A stretch of DNA of 63,487 bases, counting the filler, from Choristocarpus tenellus KU-1152 (taxonomy: Eukaryota; Protista; Phaeophyceae): assembly GCA_964200185.2 (NCBI GenBank). It is 11 parts of 11 records of this genome, joined end to end, with 100 filler letters (N's around TTAATTAATTAA, not from the genome) between each part and the next. Parts side by side here need not be neighbours in the genome. Positions count along the whole stretch, not along the records: positions 24,414 to 28,276 come from CAXNAD020017514.1; positions 28,377 to 33,272 come from CAXNAD020012627.1; positions 33,373 to 37,948 come from CAXNAD020013944.1; positions 38,049 to 41,982 come from CAXNAD020017066.1; 7 more parts are not named here. The stretch is one strand, 5' to 3'. Of this stretch, positions 24,499 through 38,552 are shown in pieces (positions within the stretch are counted from its first letter, which is position 1; every line of letters begins with the position of its first letter). A program made the translations under genes and the position numbers. The notes under the pieces are model-generated. The model saw only the letters and a program-made list of their open reading frames with translations, searched no databases and was not told the origin of the DNA.

Positions 24499-26008
24499 TC
24501 AACAATCTGCACTGATATCAGAGCTGTCAGGTCTAGGGATAAATATGCAGTCCTCATTGTTGCGCTCAGTTCCTGTAGAAAGGCGGCCAAGAGCAGCAGC
24601 GGAATGACAAGAAAAGGTGAGCTAGCAAAACAAGGGGAATTGGCACTTGGGACAACACTGGACCTACCCTCTTAATTCCCTCATCACAAACCAAAAGACC
24701 TTTTGGCAAGAAATGTTTGGTACGAAGTCGCTATATTCCACCACTATTCATACTATGGTAGGGGCAGTATGGGCTCGTTCTCGCTGATTCAATACTTTCA
24801 GCACCAGAGTGGAATCAATTCGGGAAGAAATAACGTGAAGTTCTGGCTGAGGTGGGCAATCCTCCCCTACGTTTTCCTCAGGTCAAATTGTAGGTACATC
24901 ACTGAATAATTCATCGTAGAAAGTTGCCTTACCTGCATCGTAGGCAGGGGGGTACCACACACCGTACTTCTTGGGCAGCTTCTGGCTCTCAACACCCATG
25001 AAAGCGTCATTTGTGTGCACTGTACGGCACGATTTGCAACAGGGACATCCCAGGGTTGTGTAAGCTTAACATACGGTTGAGGAACAATCGTTAGACACGT
25101 CAATCTTTTTACGTCTTAATTGTGAAACTTGCAGGGAGTAATTATTGTTGACTTTACGCACATAAAACCAACAAAGTCCTGACAATTCTTGCCATGAATT
25201 GTACCAACGAGTCACCACGGATTTATTGAGTCGTATATTTTGCGGGCAACCACTCACCCAGCATTGATGCAGCCGAGAAAACAGGTTTCTTGCATCTTCC
25301 TTTTATCCTGACCGCGATTGTCTCCCTAAAAACAACCCTCCTGGAATAATAGGCGCATTGCCAAAGGAGTAGCCACAAAAGTATTCCTTGAGATCTCTGT
25401 TGAGAAGATCCTGGAACGGTCACATTGATCAGGAGTGATGAGACATCAGCACAGGCAGGGGGGGTGGGCCATAGTATGTACTTAGCGCTTCGAAGTATAT
25501 TAATAGTAGTATATTACACTTGGGTGCTTTAAACAGAACATATTGATATATAGATAGATAGATAGATCTCACCACGAGCAGCTGGCCGTTCCCATCTTCG
25601 GCTAATATCTTCAGCTCAGAAGATGCTACTCCTCCGTCTTCAAAGATGTTGATGTCCAGTTGAGATGGTCATATATGAAGAGAGTATGTTCACATTGGGT
25701 TTAAAAGACTAGAATAATGCTCTGGAAATCTTGCGCAGACAACCTTGATATTAGACACTTCTACACGAAGATGTTTAACCTAATTCAAGTGCACGTTGAA
25801 TGGTGAACCACACCAACCAATCCATAATCCGCGGCCACCAGCAAGTTTCGTTGCTCACTCTCGCGTGCATAACGACCACTACTGGTGATAGGGGCTGGAG
25901 GTAGGTGAGGTTGATGACCTCGACCTCATAATCCTTGAACTTGCTCTTCACTGGTGCCGTCGCATCAGCTAAGGCCAGGATACTGAACACAACCGAGAAC
26001 AGACACAT
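24499..26008 (-). pseudogene. Secreted Spondin_N-domain protein, probable pseudogene (5 exons)
   Basis: Exons 26008-25859, 25656-25573, 25410-25258, 25019-24933 and 24572-24499 give a signal peptide + YEVEVINLTYLQPLSPVVVVMH...LAEDGNG...APIIPGG...FSAASML|VHTNDAF...PAYDAG|TERNNEDC, the Spondin_N motifs. Lesions: exon-2 acceptor reads CTG rather than CAG, exon 3 is frameshifted at a T-run near 25328, and TGA occurs at 24501-24499. Confidence 0.85.
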
Positions 26009-26422
26009 TTTGATTCCTTGAAGATTCGGGTTTAAGGTGGTGTTTGTGGCTGCTGTGTGCTTGTGAGCTGGGTCAAGTGTTCACCGCTGGTCTACTGTTG
26101 AGTGGATGTTGTGGTCTGGATCTGGAGTTAGTTAAGAGATGTGAAGTGTGGTGGGAGTTGGGGGGTAGAAATTACTGTAACACGCACACACCATTTTGCG
26201 ATTTATTACCGAAGGGAGAGGACCTTTTTCTAGGGACGGGGAAGATGCTTGTACAATAGACCGTGAAGAGTCTTCGTTTCTTCGAAATAGTACAACAAAA
26301 ATTAGAAACTACGACTGTTATAATAGCGAAGCAGCTTGCTTGTTGAATCGTAGTTCTTGAACGCTCACTTTTATTGTGGTGCTGAAGGTGGTTGGTGATC
26401 TGTTAATCATCGTCCAAACAGT

Positions 26423-26900
26423 CTAGCTAACAATTTGGAGAACCTGCTCAGACATCATATGCCCCATCATCGCCATCTGACCAACCCAGTCCAGTATCGT
26501 AGTAAAAGTGATTTGGGGGTCGGACCCCCGTGGCATTTTGACAGTCATCACCTTTTTCTGTAGCCGTGCTATTTCCTCATCTGAATAAATGAGGAAATAT
26601 TCCTTCAGTTGCTTCCATGCTTCAGATGGTGATGCGTACAATGCAGCTGTAGAAGCTAGGGGTTTCTTCTTAACAAAACCTTGTGTGCCTTCTTGGCTTC
26701 GGTGACCTCGTCTTAACTGACGTCTTCCCACTTAGTGAAATCTATGTCACCCACTCTGATGGGTTCCTCCCTGACCTGTAGTGCCTCATCAATCGCCCTT
26801 TGCGCCAAAAAATGCACGGGCTGTGGCGAACCAATTGGCATAGTAGTTATCCGTTACCTACAGGAGTTTAGCGTGAAACACATCTGAAGCCATGTGTGAT
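26423..26900 (-). mobile_element. Ty1/Copia gag remnant
   Basis: SPSEAWKQLKEYFLIYSDEEIARLQKKVMTVKMPRGSDPQ...QMAMMGHMMSE resembles the Copia gag (Retrotran_gag_2/UBN2) pattern; frameshifts upstream. Confidence 0.7.
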
Positions 26901-28203
26901 GTAATATCCTCGAACCAATCCAGTTCGGCTGCCTCCCCTAGCTAAAGTTTGGATTTAGAGCGGCGCTGAAGCGTGTTGAAGAGGTTGGTGCATGTAAGGT
27001 TAGTCATCCAAAGCTAGTAGTTGAGTTACATGGTACGCATACGCTGAATGTTAATTTGCACCCCACGCCTTGTCTTAGTCATCAATTATCTCTGACGTAA
27101 GACCAACAACTCACCCCTCTCATACCGCTACGTGCACTACTACTTTGTATTGTATCAAACCAAATATAAACGTACACGAAACCTATGTTATATACTTGTA
27201 TCAGCACAGATAACATAAGGATAACATTGGGTTATTCGACATCCTCCCTTCTCTTCAATTCCAAAACTATTTTATTCCCACCTTCTCAGCCACAGGCACG
27301 GCAGACAGAGTACCCAACATACGATGAGTGTCAGTGGCACATGCTCCACGCCTACCTTCTCATATGTGAGTGTTTATAGCTTCTACCATGACCTCGACCC
27401 GACCCTCGGCGAGAAGTAAGTTCAAGTGGTCAATATTTTTCCCTCATAAACACTGCTGTGACCACCACATCAAGTTTGCAGGCCACTTGTCACCGGTTCT
27501 CGGGTTGATGTTTACCGCATCGAAATGTTCGTACCTAAAAGGTGGGCTCTTTTTTGTCCACCTCTTGACAAGAAAAAATTGACTCCAATCTTCGCTCCCT
27601 CAAGTGTCTATTGTCCCACACACCCCAAGACAGTTCCTCCGACAATATCCTCCTCCTGGTAGTACCTCTCCATCACCTACATCCTCGTCCGGATGTGTAT
27701 CGCCCTCACCCTTGGAATATCCCTTCGAGTCATCACCCCTATCTTCCCCAACGTTCTCCTCCTCTGTCAAATATTGAGGTACTTCAACTGGCACAGCGGT
27801 CAAAGATCTTGACGCCACATTCTTGTGGAGGGCCACTAGTTTAGGGGTTTGGTCAATATCTTCTTCACGTCGGATCTTCACCTTTGATGCCTTGGTGACC
27901 TCAAATGGGCTGAGGTTTACATTGCGCACCTCGAGAATAGGCTAACCAAAGCGTATCTTTGATATGATCACGTTTATCGTTTCAGCTCGTTTCACAGCGA
28001 ATGAATTTCCCAAAACTGACGCCGCCCAATATTAACAAAAGACACAAAAAAGGTATCCGCTATGCTACGGGTGAATTTACGCCAACCTAGTACTTCCGTA
28101 CAAGTTCCTTCGAACCTCAGTTCGTAGAGTAATTATTATTTACTCCAGACACTAAAACGAGAAAAACGATTAAATTTCGTCTAGATGTGTTGTGTTGTCG
28201 AAT

Positions 28204-28276
28204 TGTTACAGGCGAATAGAGCGAGTATTTCTTCTTGTATTTCAACGAAGTGCAAACGGTTGTTACACGCGAATAG
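28204..28276 (+). mobile_element. 5' fragment of the same LTR-like family, cut by a gap
   Basis: TGTTACAGGCGAATAG unit occurs twice immediately before the spacer. Confidence 0.7.
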
Positions 28277-29379
28277 NNNNNNNNNNNNNNNNNNNNNNNN
28301 NNNNNNNNNNNNNNNNNNNNTTAATTAATTAANNNNNNNNNNNNNNNNNNNNNNNNNNNNNNNNNNNNNNNNNNNNAGAAGCAACAGCAAATGACCTTCT
28401 AAGCCTACCTTGCTTCAGTACATGCACACCCTCTAAAAGGTGGGAGGTAGATGCCTCGAAAAACAGGGCAATCCTTTCAAAATGAAAACACTATCAATGG
28501 TCCTTATTACATGATAAATCAACCACACACCCCAACCTTCTGTTTTGTAGGTGCTGTAGTATTCATTTTCGTTGCTGCAAGGCGGGAGATGGGCACATTG
28601 ATGCTAATCGTCCAATTGTATTCCTACTACCAATGTGCTGCAACATGCACTTCTAGTTTTAACCTTTTTTCTACTTCAAAGTACATAGTAGTCAGATACT
28701 TAGGGTTTGTTTCTCTCTTCATATCCTCTGCGAGGTGGAACATCTCAGATGAAACGGTAACAATGTGCTCATTCCCACTAACCCTACCCTTCCCAATATG
28801 ATGAAGACACTGTGACATTCTGGAACTTGAGAAACCACAAGACTTTGAAGCAAAAAAGAACTTGTATATACAAACTAGAAAAAAACCCGTGAAGCCTCAC
28901 ATACAGGAAAAAAATACATGTCTGAATTCCTTGGGACTGTGGTAGGTGGATGTCCATCAGGATCTCTCATTCTTACATCATCATCGTTGAGTATTTGTAG
29001 CCAGCACTTCCCAATCATTTTCCATTAGCCGCAAAACAAACTGTATCTACTCTGATGGCGATGTGTAATATGGGCTAAGTGCAAACACTTTGGCATTGAT
29101 AGAGCCTAGTGGCAGTTCAAGGGTAATTTCTTCGAGCCACACAGCTATTTCATCAAGAACTCCGCACCAGAAGAAGACGGAACCCATCAAGTTTGGTAGA
29201 TGGAGATATTCAGCAGCTCTCAGGAAATCAGTGCCGTACATGGTTCCAGGTACTTCCAAATGGTCCTGCCTGGAATCATGAGAGCAGGTGCGTTGATAAT
29301 ATGGACTATGATGCGGGATGTAGTAGATGCACTTCGTGCTTGAAACTCAAAGATGCTTCATAGATAGGCTGCAACAAGT

Positions 29380-29633
29380 GAGTGAAAGTATCCTAGAGGG
29401 TACAAGTTTTGCCCTGTTTGCCCGTTTGGGGCTTGGCTTCCCATGGGTTTTTTAAAGACATTTTCCTACTCCAAGATATTTCGAAGTAGGTAAAATTTGC
29501 ATGTTATGAAAAGGTGTCCAGAAGGATATTGACACTTCCTAACAAACACGATAGCCAAAACTACAAAAAAATCGCAACGTTGGATTGTGGCCCCCAAATG
29601 GACGCGTCTCTACCCTCTAAGATACTTTAGCTC
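29380..29633 (+). mobile_element. MITE family A copy
   Basis: Same TIRs and internal sequence as 1387-1645. Confidence 0.85.
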
Positions 29634-30908
29634 AGTGCTGAGTTAGTTTGTTCCGCAATAGATATATTTATTCGAGGTAGGTACAAGCAGTACTTTGTAG
29701 TTGTGTGTGTACCAGCAGTAGGTCTGGCCACTTTTTTGTCCTCACAAGAAATCAAGGGGAAATATTTCTAGCGTCTTCAACATTGAAGTATGATTCAATC
29801 TTGGGGGAGAAGGCAAATGCTGCATCAGACCACAAAGTAGTAGTCTACAATACCGACACTCTTACTCAGACAGAATCCCTGAGGGCCTGGCTGCATAGGG
29901 GTGAATTACAAGTGGTTGGTGACAGATACAATATGATATCTTCTACAGTGATAGCAGTACTACCATACATCATATACAACAGTTGAGTTCCAGAGCTCTA
30001 ACCCCTAGCCCTAACCCTAGTACAATGCATACTGTAGTTAGCAGTAGCAATGAAGATAGCAAGAACGAATCGATGTGTTGGTCATGAGCTCAAAATCTGT
30101 TTGCCACGTTCCCTCTTCCATTCCAGCCAACACAACACAAGCCGAACAGGTAAGTGGTTCATGATGTATCCTAGCCTTCACCAAAGTAGCAGGCACGAAT
30201 AGAAGCAAATGCCATACAGTTCCACCTCCCTCCACAATATTTTCTTTGCATGCTGTAGACAGAATCGTCTGGCCAATATTCCCCTTGACTGACTACTTCT
30301 ATGTCTCACTTGCAACAATACCCTTGTGAACTTCATCCTTACATCTCTCTCGGCAATCACTTGCCCACTCAATTTAGACCATACAAGACAAGGTATTGCT
30401 AATTTTTTCCATCGCTTGGTGGACTTAAAAGTCCAACGTTCCACTGCCGATACCGTAATGGCTACTACTGACCTTGCACGTTGATGAAGAGGGGGTATTC
30501 CACGCCTCTCATACACAGAGAGCTGTACCAGGACAATTAGGGGTTACGGTGACAGGTGGGAAAGAGGGGGGGAACTCCTCCACTTAGTGTCCACAGTGCT
30601 CCAACAGTTCCAGGATAAGATAAATAGGGGGAGAGTGTGCCTCAGTATACCCAGGAGGACTGTGCCTAGCTGGGTGGCAGGGATGGATTGCATTAAGGGG
30701 AGTCTGCCCTACCTGTGCTGAAAGAGATAGCCAAGCTAAACGCACATGCATGCTTCATTTTTGGACCTATTTGTGCGTGACTTCAACCTTATAACTGACT
30801 AAAGGGGGATTCTAAGCTAATGAATGTATCATAGTCATGGACCCCCCCCAAAAGCAAATCATATTATGGACGAACGATTCACCTCATCATTGTTTGGAAA
30901 GATGGCTG

Positions 30909-31165
30909 GAGTGAACGTATCTTAGAGGGTATGAGTTTTGCCCTGTTTGTCCATTTGGGACTTGGCTTCCCATGGTTTTTTTACGACATTTTCCTACTTC
31001 AAAATGTTTCGGAGTAGGTAAAATGTATACGTTATGAAAAGGTGTGCCTGGAACAAGGATATTGACACTTCCTAACAAACACGATAGCCAAATTTACATC
31101 AATTCCCAATATTGGATTTTTGCCCCCAAATGGACGTGGCCCTACCCTCTAAGATACTTTGGCTC
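30909..31165 (+). mobile_element. MITE family A copy
   Basis: Same TIRs; flanks GCTG/GTTG (4-bp TSD with one mismatch). Confidence 0.85.
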
Positions 31166-31605
31166 GTTGGACTCTAGGTAGAAGGGAGGATGGGTGTGTC
31201 GATAGTTAGAGTATGTATCACTTTGGTGTCTAGGGATAACTACTACTATCCTTACACCATTCGCAACAGGACTTGAACTTTAAAGTGGGACGAAGCATGC
31301 ATCATGTGTTTTATTGTCAACCTAGACTTGGAAAATATTCTGAAACCCTTTCAATTTGCATTCTATGCCAATAGTTCATTTTAAATATGCGTGTTGTGTA
31401 TGTAGGGACTGGATTAGCCAAAACCGTAGAGTGTAGTGGGTGACAGAACCACAATATAAAGTAAAAATGGCATAATGTAGTGTATGACACCTCGACTCTT
31501 CTTTGCAGAGCATTAACTAAAGTTGACGTCCCTTTGTGCCGCTTGTATGTGCTTCACTTTTCCCTCCCTACAGTGCCTGTTGTGGATATATTGTGGGGGT
31601 AAAAA

Positions 31606-31782
31606 GGCTCAAAGTATCTGGGGGGTGACGGCTGTCCATTCGGGGCCTATTTTCCATATCGCGATTTTTGTGTGATTTGGTTGCATGCGTCGGATGGATA
31701 ATGTAAGAGCACTTCTCCTGTTCAGGGCCCAAATGAACATCTTGGTGTAGACCCCTCCCCCCCTCTCAAGATACTTTGAGCC
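31606..31782. mobile_element. MITE family B (sister family; TIR GGCTCAAAGTATCT-polyG)
   Basis: GGCTCAAAGTATCTGGGGGG...CCCCCTCTCAAGATACTTTGAGCC. The same terminus occurs at ~4910-4928, 17525-17547, 33250-33272, 41943-41982, 53100-53130 and 55917-55957. Confidence 0.75.
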
Positions 31783-34700
31783 AAAGTTACTAACTTTCCC
31801 ACCTTTCCAAGGAACTCAACAGTCAATATCCTTCTTGCTAATTCCTTTGCCAGAAGAAGATAGTTCAGTTACCCTCTTCCCATTTGTTCTGAATATTGTT
31901 GAAAATAATACAAAAACATAGTTATTTCAGGTCTATGTGCTGTATCGAACTAACACTTCACTTCGTACTCTATGTATACTACAGCAATAACACACTAATA
32001 TCATTGACGATAAGCAATTTTCACAGATGATTTCATTGAGGGGGCAAGCAAAATGCAAGGCAGAGAACAAAACAAACACAATACCAGAGTGTGCATTGAT
32101 CACAGCAATGGCCTTCCACTATGGCAACATTAGTCGTAGAATATTAGGAAGTGAGAAACCAACTCTATCCACACAAGGAACCTGTATGATTGAATATTAT
32201 CTAAAAGAGACCAAGAACTACATGGTGACATACAGCTGAAACTATTCCTAGACTGGCACTGAGAACGGCGGTATAGAAACAAAGAAAGATGTCTTGAGTC
32301 CACTACTACCCCGCCCAACAGCCTGGGGTCTCCGACTTTAAGCACTCAAAGTGGCATGGAATTACTACTCCTGACGAGATTGACAGAATCTGTGGCAGGC
32401 ATGACTTCGCCACTTTCTTCCAGCTGAAACTCCCAGCTAGGTTCTCTGTGACCAAGAACTCTCAAGCACTCCTGCCATATGAGCTCTGTCAAAGGCAATC
32501 ATGCCTACAAAGTACACCCAGGGGCCATTGGTGTTGGGTGCAAGGTGGGTGCCTGCTGTGACCAGGATTTTCTGCGCTGACTGCAAACGCTGGTAACTGT
32601 GAGGAGGTGAAGCTTGCTTCTTTTCCATATTAAAGGAGAATACCCACCCCCTGAAGATCAGTCTTGAAAGGGTAGAACGTTCCTGAGACTATAGCATCAA
32701 TCCTAAAGACCCAAGAAACACTGTTGGATGACACCTCCTGGGTCTCTGACATTGAGATATCACTGTTCCACTAGGTCGGACTTTTGATCCCTCTCTCACT
32801 CTATATTTATCCTCACACAAGTGTATGGAGTCGGGAAAGCCGACAAGGCGAGATTTGATCCCACAACGTCTGATTTGTGTGTTTTCTGACACCATTGTGG
32901 TACTCTTGCACCAGTAGACCCAACGGTTGGCAGAATTACACGTTGTCGGATCGAATCCCCTGAACCGCTTTCCCGACTCCCTACAGCGGGAGGATAAAGA
33001 TAAGGTGAGAGAGAGATCGAGGAACGGGCTCAAGGGGGAAATGTGGAGATTGACACAACTGCTTTGGGAGAGCGTGCATCTATTGGGGTGATGGCCCACA
33101 GATTATGCTGGCATAGGTTGTTGGACTCTGATTTGTCTATAATTGAGATTCTATTACACCACTCACTATTCCACCAGGGTCGACAATTGTTCGACTCTCT
33201 TCCCTGGTGGAACAGTGTCATCTCAAATATTTGACACTGGGGGACAAAAGACCAAAAGTATCTGGGAGGGGGNNNNNNNNNNNNNNNNNNNNNNNNNNNN
33301 NNNNNNNNNNNNNNNNTTAATTAATTAANNNNNNNNNNNNNNNNNNNNNNNNNNNNNNNNNNNNNNNNNNNNTTCGTTCTCGCCGGTGTGGAGAGGAGGG
33401 GTGAGAGTAGGGAGTGGGGGGGGGGGGGGGGGAATAACATGAAACAAGTTCTAAAGGTGAACATTTACCCCCATGAATTAACATTTACCAGAATTGAGTA
33501 ACACTACTCTAACTCTAACCATACAAAACAGACACGAATGAAAACAAGTTACAGCTATTATTAACATTATCATTTTCAGCTGACGTCATAAAACTCAATT
33601 GAAATACAAATCAAAACTCCAGCACAAACTAATGCCATACTGCATCCTGGGAATGTTCTTGGGAACCACAACCTGCGTTACGGAAGAGAACTATAGACTG
33701 GAAATATTCACCTCACTCTTCGGTGACATGACTGCACTTTTTTTGTCAAGATTTGAATTATGTTGCTGCTGACCCAACCACTATGTCCAACCAGCAAAAA
33801 CAGTACCGATTCCTCTTGTATTACTTCCAAGCAAGTAGGAATGCTAACCCTGACCCTTAACCTAACCACGATGGTACAACACAAAAATAACCAATAAATT
33901 AGCCTGGGCGGGAATATACCAACACCCCCCTTCCTTCAAGACTGTTTTTAATCACTTTGGTTTACAGGTCATTTATTCCAGCAGCTGTAGCTGTATGCTA
34001 GAAGAAAAAAAAATCTCTCGCCTCTCATTTGAATCTCTTTTTGCCGTTTCACGTACACATACAAATCTAAATGCGCTAGGGCCACATCTCTCTGACATTA
34101 CTGAGCTATTGACAGGAGATTAAGATGGGCGTTAACAGCATTAAACCAATACAGCAAGTATGTTACCATAATGGGGTCAGCACAGAAACATATCAAGAGG
34201 AGCCGCGAAGGTGAAATCAGTATCACATATTAACAACACAGAAATTTGGCACTCGTGCGTATCTGTATCTGTAGTAGTGGGGCAGTGAAGGTGCCGTTTG
34301 GCAAAATACGGGAGTGGCTCGGGGGACAGTTGGGAGGGGGGAAAGGTGTATCGAAGGTTGTGGAAAGTCCACATCAGCTGACAACTTCAACTCACCTCGC
34401 TACATCCTCTGGTTCGCGGTTTAGATGGCACAATCCCGGTCGACGACGGCGAAAAACGTCCCCTGACTTTAGGCGGCATGTCTCTAACATGAGACATACC
34501 TCCTGGTGCCACGAGGGTCTCCACCGCGGAGCCGGTTAGGGAAGACGGGGCAGCGAATGCTTAGGATTAACCCCCTGAACGGACTCGAGGGCTGATTCCA
34601 CAACTGAGGAGTCCAGACCCAAACCCGTCAGTGACGGGATGTGGTCAGGTTCTCGTTCTGCTTGAAAATTAGGGCCTTGAAGCTGGAAGGCTGCCCGATC

Positions 34701-37700
34701 CCTTCTCCCCACAGGGTTCCTTTCCCCGCTACACTTTAGCGTTAGTCTCGTCCCTCAAAAGAGTGATTATTTCTCACAATCTAAGGGTCACCAAGCAGTC
34801 CAGCAACGCTAGATGGTACTAGATGAACCTCAAGGTTTTCAAGCAGAATTTGGGCCTGTCGTCATTTAAGGGCACAGAAGGGTTCAGTCTAGAGAACTTA
34901 CTCACTTATCACCTAACATGTTGTTGGAACATCTCCAATGATGTGTTGAGGGGGGTGGGTTGAACAAGGTGCCACATTACTGCAATAGGGGAATGTAGTG
35001 ATCTAATGCCCTGGGACCCCCTACCACTAATTGCAGTTGAAAGGCCAAGCCCCAGTCACCTCGGCCAACAAGTTTTCCCCTATTTGTAAGCCCAACAGGT
35101 CACGCTGTACACATTTGATGTGGTCAACGGAGAGATTGGGAACGGAGAGCTGATCGTGGAGTTTCGGGGATACTCTTAAAATCGTACTCCTCGTGATTTA
35201 CCATTTTTTGATCACCAATCGCTTCGCGAACGAAGTTCAACTAGGGGAATATCGAGACAACCTCGTAAATTTCTTCTCTACACCACATACGGCTAATCAA
35301 ATATTACGTCAAGGAGAATGTACCCAATGACCTATCAATAACATTCAAACCCACCACTGTCCACTTCTCGGGCCCCTGCAACCACTAAGGATAGATGGGA
35401 TTCGTTCGTGTCTCACAAACCAGGGGATAGAGAAGACCTATCCCTCGAGTCGTGAAGACGACAATCAGAGAAGGTACTAGGGTCCCCACAGCAGGTTGAT
35501 CTTGCCTGTTGCAGAAAACAAGCTCACGTAAGGAAACACACTCCTATCAAACAAACAACTGGCCTAAAGTATTAAATTTTGTGTAATATAATGAAAAAAA
35601 CTGTAACTATCACAACTTTTCGAACCAAAGGTAAAAGTATGCTGCCGAGGGGTCCTTGAAAGCGCCTCTCCTGTTTACAGAGGGTAGATTTAAGATTTCA
35701 GGTACGATTCAATACCCCCAATGTATATTAATATAGAAATATCTATTCTCCACGAAGAGTTATTACAAAAGTTGATTATGGGAATATCTAGAACATAATC
35801 TTCCACATAATTATGTAATGTGTAATAACATCATTCCGAAAGAACCTATCTAATTTGGGATTCTCTAGAGAACGGATAGTAGTAATGTCATAGTACAGTA
35901 ATAGAAACAGATCTAGAACTTATTGGACAGTATATCGCAACAAAATAATATATAATATATATATTACGTACTATACTATTTTGGTAGTTGACACTTGGAA
36001 GTTCTTGTACTATTGTTGTAGTGGTATCAATCTATGTTCAGTATACCACAATAAAAATCGGAACTTCTGCATCCATGGAATCAATTTGCTGACAGAATCC
36101 AATACAATCATAGAACTCAAAGATTAAGGTTAATGACATGAAGGTGGACCTGACGCGTTGTGTCAAAGAGTGTCATCCAGAGCTTCAATGTCGTTGAGGG
36201 GTTTGTGGGAGTATTGTGAAGCAAGTCGCGGTAATAGAGAATAGAGTGTCCAGAATTTTGTTTGATTACACATACAAAAAACAGATTCCTTCTGCTCTAC
36301 CACAAAAAAATGCACATATATACTATAAAATCGGCAGTGACACAACTATAAGTTCGAATATTTTTGACCGTTAATTGTTCTTGGTAGATTCCTTTGCGCT
36401 TAAGGTTCGTCGTCGCCCATAAATATTTCCATTATTTTTATATATATTACTTAATCTTCCCATATCAGTTGTCACACCTACAGATTGTAGCGTTGGTGAT
36501 GATTAGTTACTTATACTATCTTACATACTGAAAATACCAGTAATAGTATTTTTATCCAATACACAAGAAAAAATCCAACAACTCTTTGTAGTGTAGTATA
36601 GACCAATCAAACGTACTGCCACTACTAGTCCCGACCTTGCAACCCCTGTTCTCAATCATCCTCCACCAGTACGCCACCCTTTTTTATCCTGCCTGGGTCT
36701 CTCTCTTGGAGTTGATGATCGGTAGAGTCTCTGTTGTATGGCATTACCTCAGGGATCTGCAAACTCTGCAATAACTCCATCCTCGAGTCTTCGGATGATG
36801 AGAAGCTTCGAACGTTCAAGAAAGAGTTGATACATCTCGCAAATAGCCGATGCGACGGCCCACATGGTTCAATGGACCCACTTGCCAGCAATGAGCATGA
36901 ATCATCGAGACATAATTACATCGCAATGTCTTCATGCACTTGCCGTTGTTGACAGGCAATCATTTGTAGAAGGCACGACGAACGAGCTCAAAATCTAACC
37001 AGAAACGTTGCCAATGGCAGTATTATGCCCGTCTAGAGTCATCTTATCATCTAGCATGTTGCCTGTGAACCCTTAACGTTTTGCTTTAGTCGCCTATCTC
37101 TTAAATACGAAGCTGTCTTTGCCCGGTACCGTCTTTCTTTAGCTAGCATGTCATCTTTTGTAGCAAGCAAACCAAATGTGTGCCCTATCCGAGCCACACT
37201 TTGTCAATAGGTGTAGCTACGTTATACTCGAAGGCTAACTTAGATAGCTGGTCCTGCTCGGGACCTATTTCAATATCTAGTGCATTCCTACTTCGCATTC
37301 CATCTCACAGTCCCATGTTGTTCAATATTTAGACCCTTCAACCCGCTAAAGGTTAACATGCTGCATATCGTACTATGCCTTCCTTTTTCTTTTTAAGTCC
37401 TTCACATGATATATCATACTTCGTATTTAATGGTGACGGAGTATCCTTGTAGCTCAATGGTCAAATCCTACTAGAAACAATCTTGTGAAGGAGTGCCCAG
37501 GTGTAAATCTGATAGTCGCAAGGTTTCTTTTCAGGGAAATCTGGTTTTGACTATCCAAAGTCCATGTGGGGAACACTGTAGAATGCACACTCGAATTCTC
37601 CCACCCATCGCTATTATTACCACAAGATTACTAGAGAAGTAAAGAACGAGGTGGCAAGCATTCATTGTGGAGCAATTTCAAGGCAAATATTGCACAACAA

Positions 37701-38129
37701 CAAGCAATGGGACACCTGAACCCCACGCAAAATAAGCAAGGCATGCATAGGCATTGCAATTAGTAGCAGCGCAAAGGTAATTCACGTTTGACTTGTGCTC
37801 AAGTAGGTAGTGACAATGGTAAGTTATCCAGTGTGTAGCATCACTGACCACACATCAGTCTAGTCTTCAGACTACAGTGAAGACAACGACAAATGTAGTA
37901 TTTAGTACTGATGCACAGCGGTACACAATTGCAGTCATCATCAGAACCNNNNNNNNNNNNNNNNNNNNNNNNNNNNNNNNNNNNNNNNNNNNTTAATTAA
38001 TTAANNNNNNNNNNNNNNNNNNNNNNNNNNNNNNNNNNNNNNNNNNNNGGGACAAGATCTCAAAGGATTGCCCCTTACGAGAAGCAGTTGGAGGATTGAT
38101 GTGGGTCAGCAACATGACCAGACCAGATG

Positions 38130-38514
38130 CCTTCAGAATACCTCATTTGACTTGGCATTGATTGTCTGGTTCAGAGGCCCAGGTCCCCATGAGTGAGCCT
38201 TAGTCAGCAGGTGACAAAATCGTATAAAAACGGGAAAATTATGGAAAGAGAATGGAGAAATAAGAACGCACATATTCTCCAGGTGAAGATGGGCTCTTCT
38301 GGCGTCAAAATCGTCCTGTAATTCTCGGGCGCGCGCTCCGCGCGAACTACATAATTTAATATAGTCCTGTTTTTCTCACGATTAGTGTAAGTTGACCAAC
38401 CGAGACCCATCAAATAAGGTTAAGCATGATCATGCGATTGCAACAAAAGAATTTTCATCAACAGAATTGTTGTTGATCAAAAGTTATGGCACGACAAAGT
38501 TGATGCAGGAGGCG
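38130..38514 (+). mobile_element. 3' fragment of the same Tc1/IS630-like subfamily
   Basis: Colinear with 3400-3806, from PSEYLI* to GGAGGCG. Confidence 0.75.
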
Positions 38515-38552
38515 ACTGCCAACACTCTATAGGATAAGTGTTGTGGTGAAAG

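Noticed and set aside
27400-27929. Acidic ORF with a possible chromodomain
   Set aside because: No convincing aromatic-cage motif; multiple stops.
30220-30300. EsV-1-7-like repeat (RRFCLQHAKK) suggesting a phaeovirus-related gene
   Set aside because: Single short match without the preceding CxxxGC motif or further repeats.
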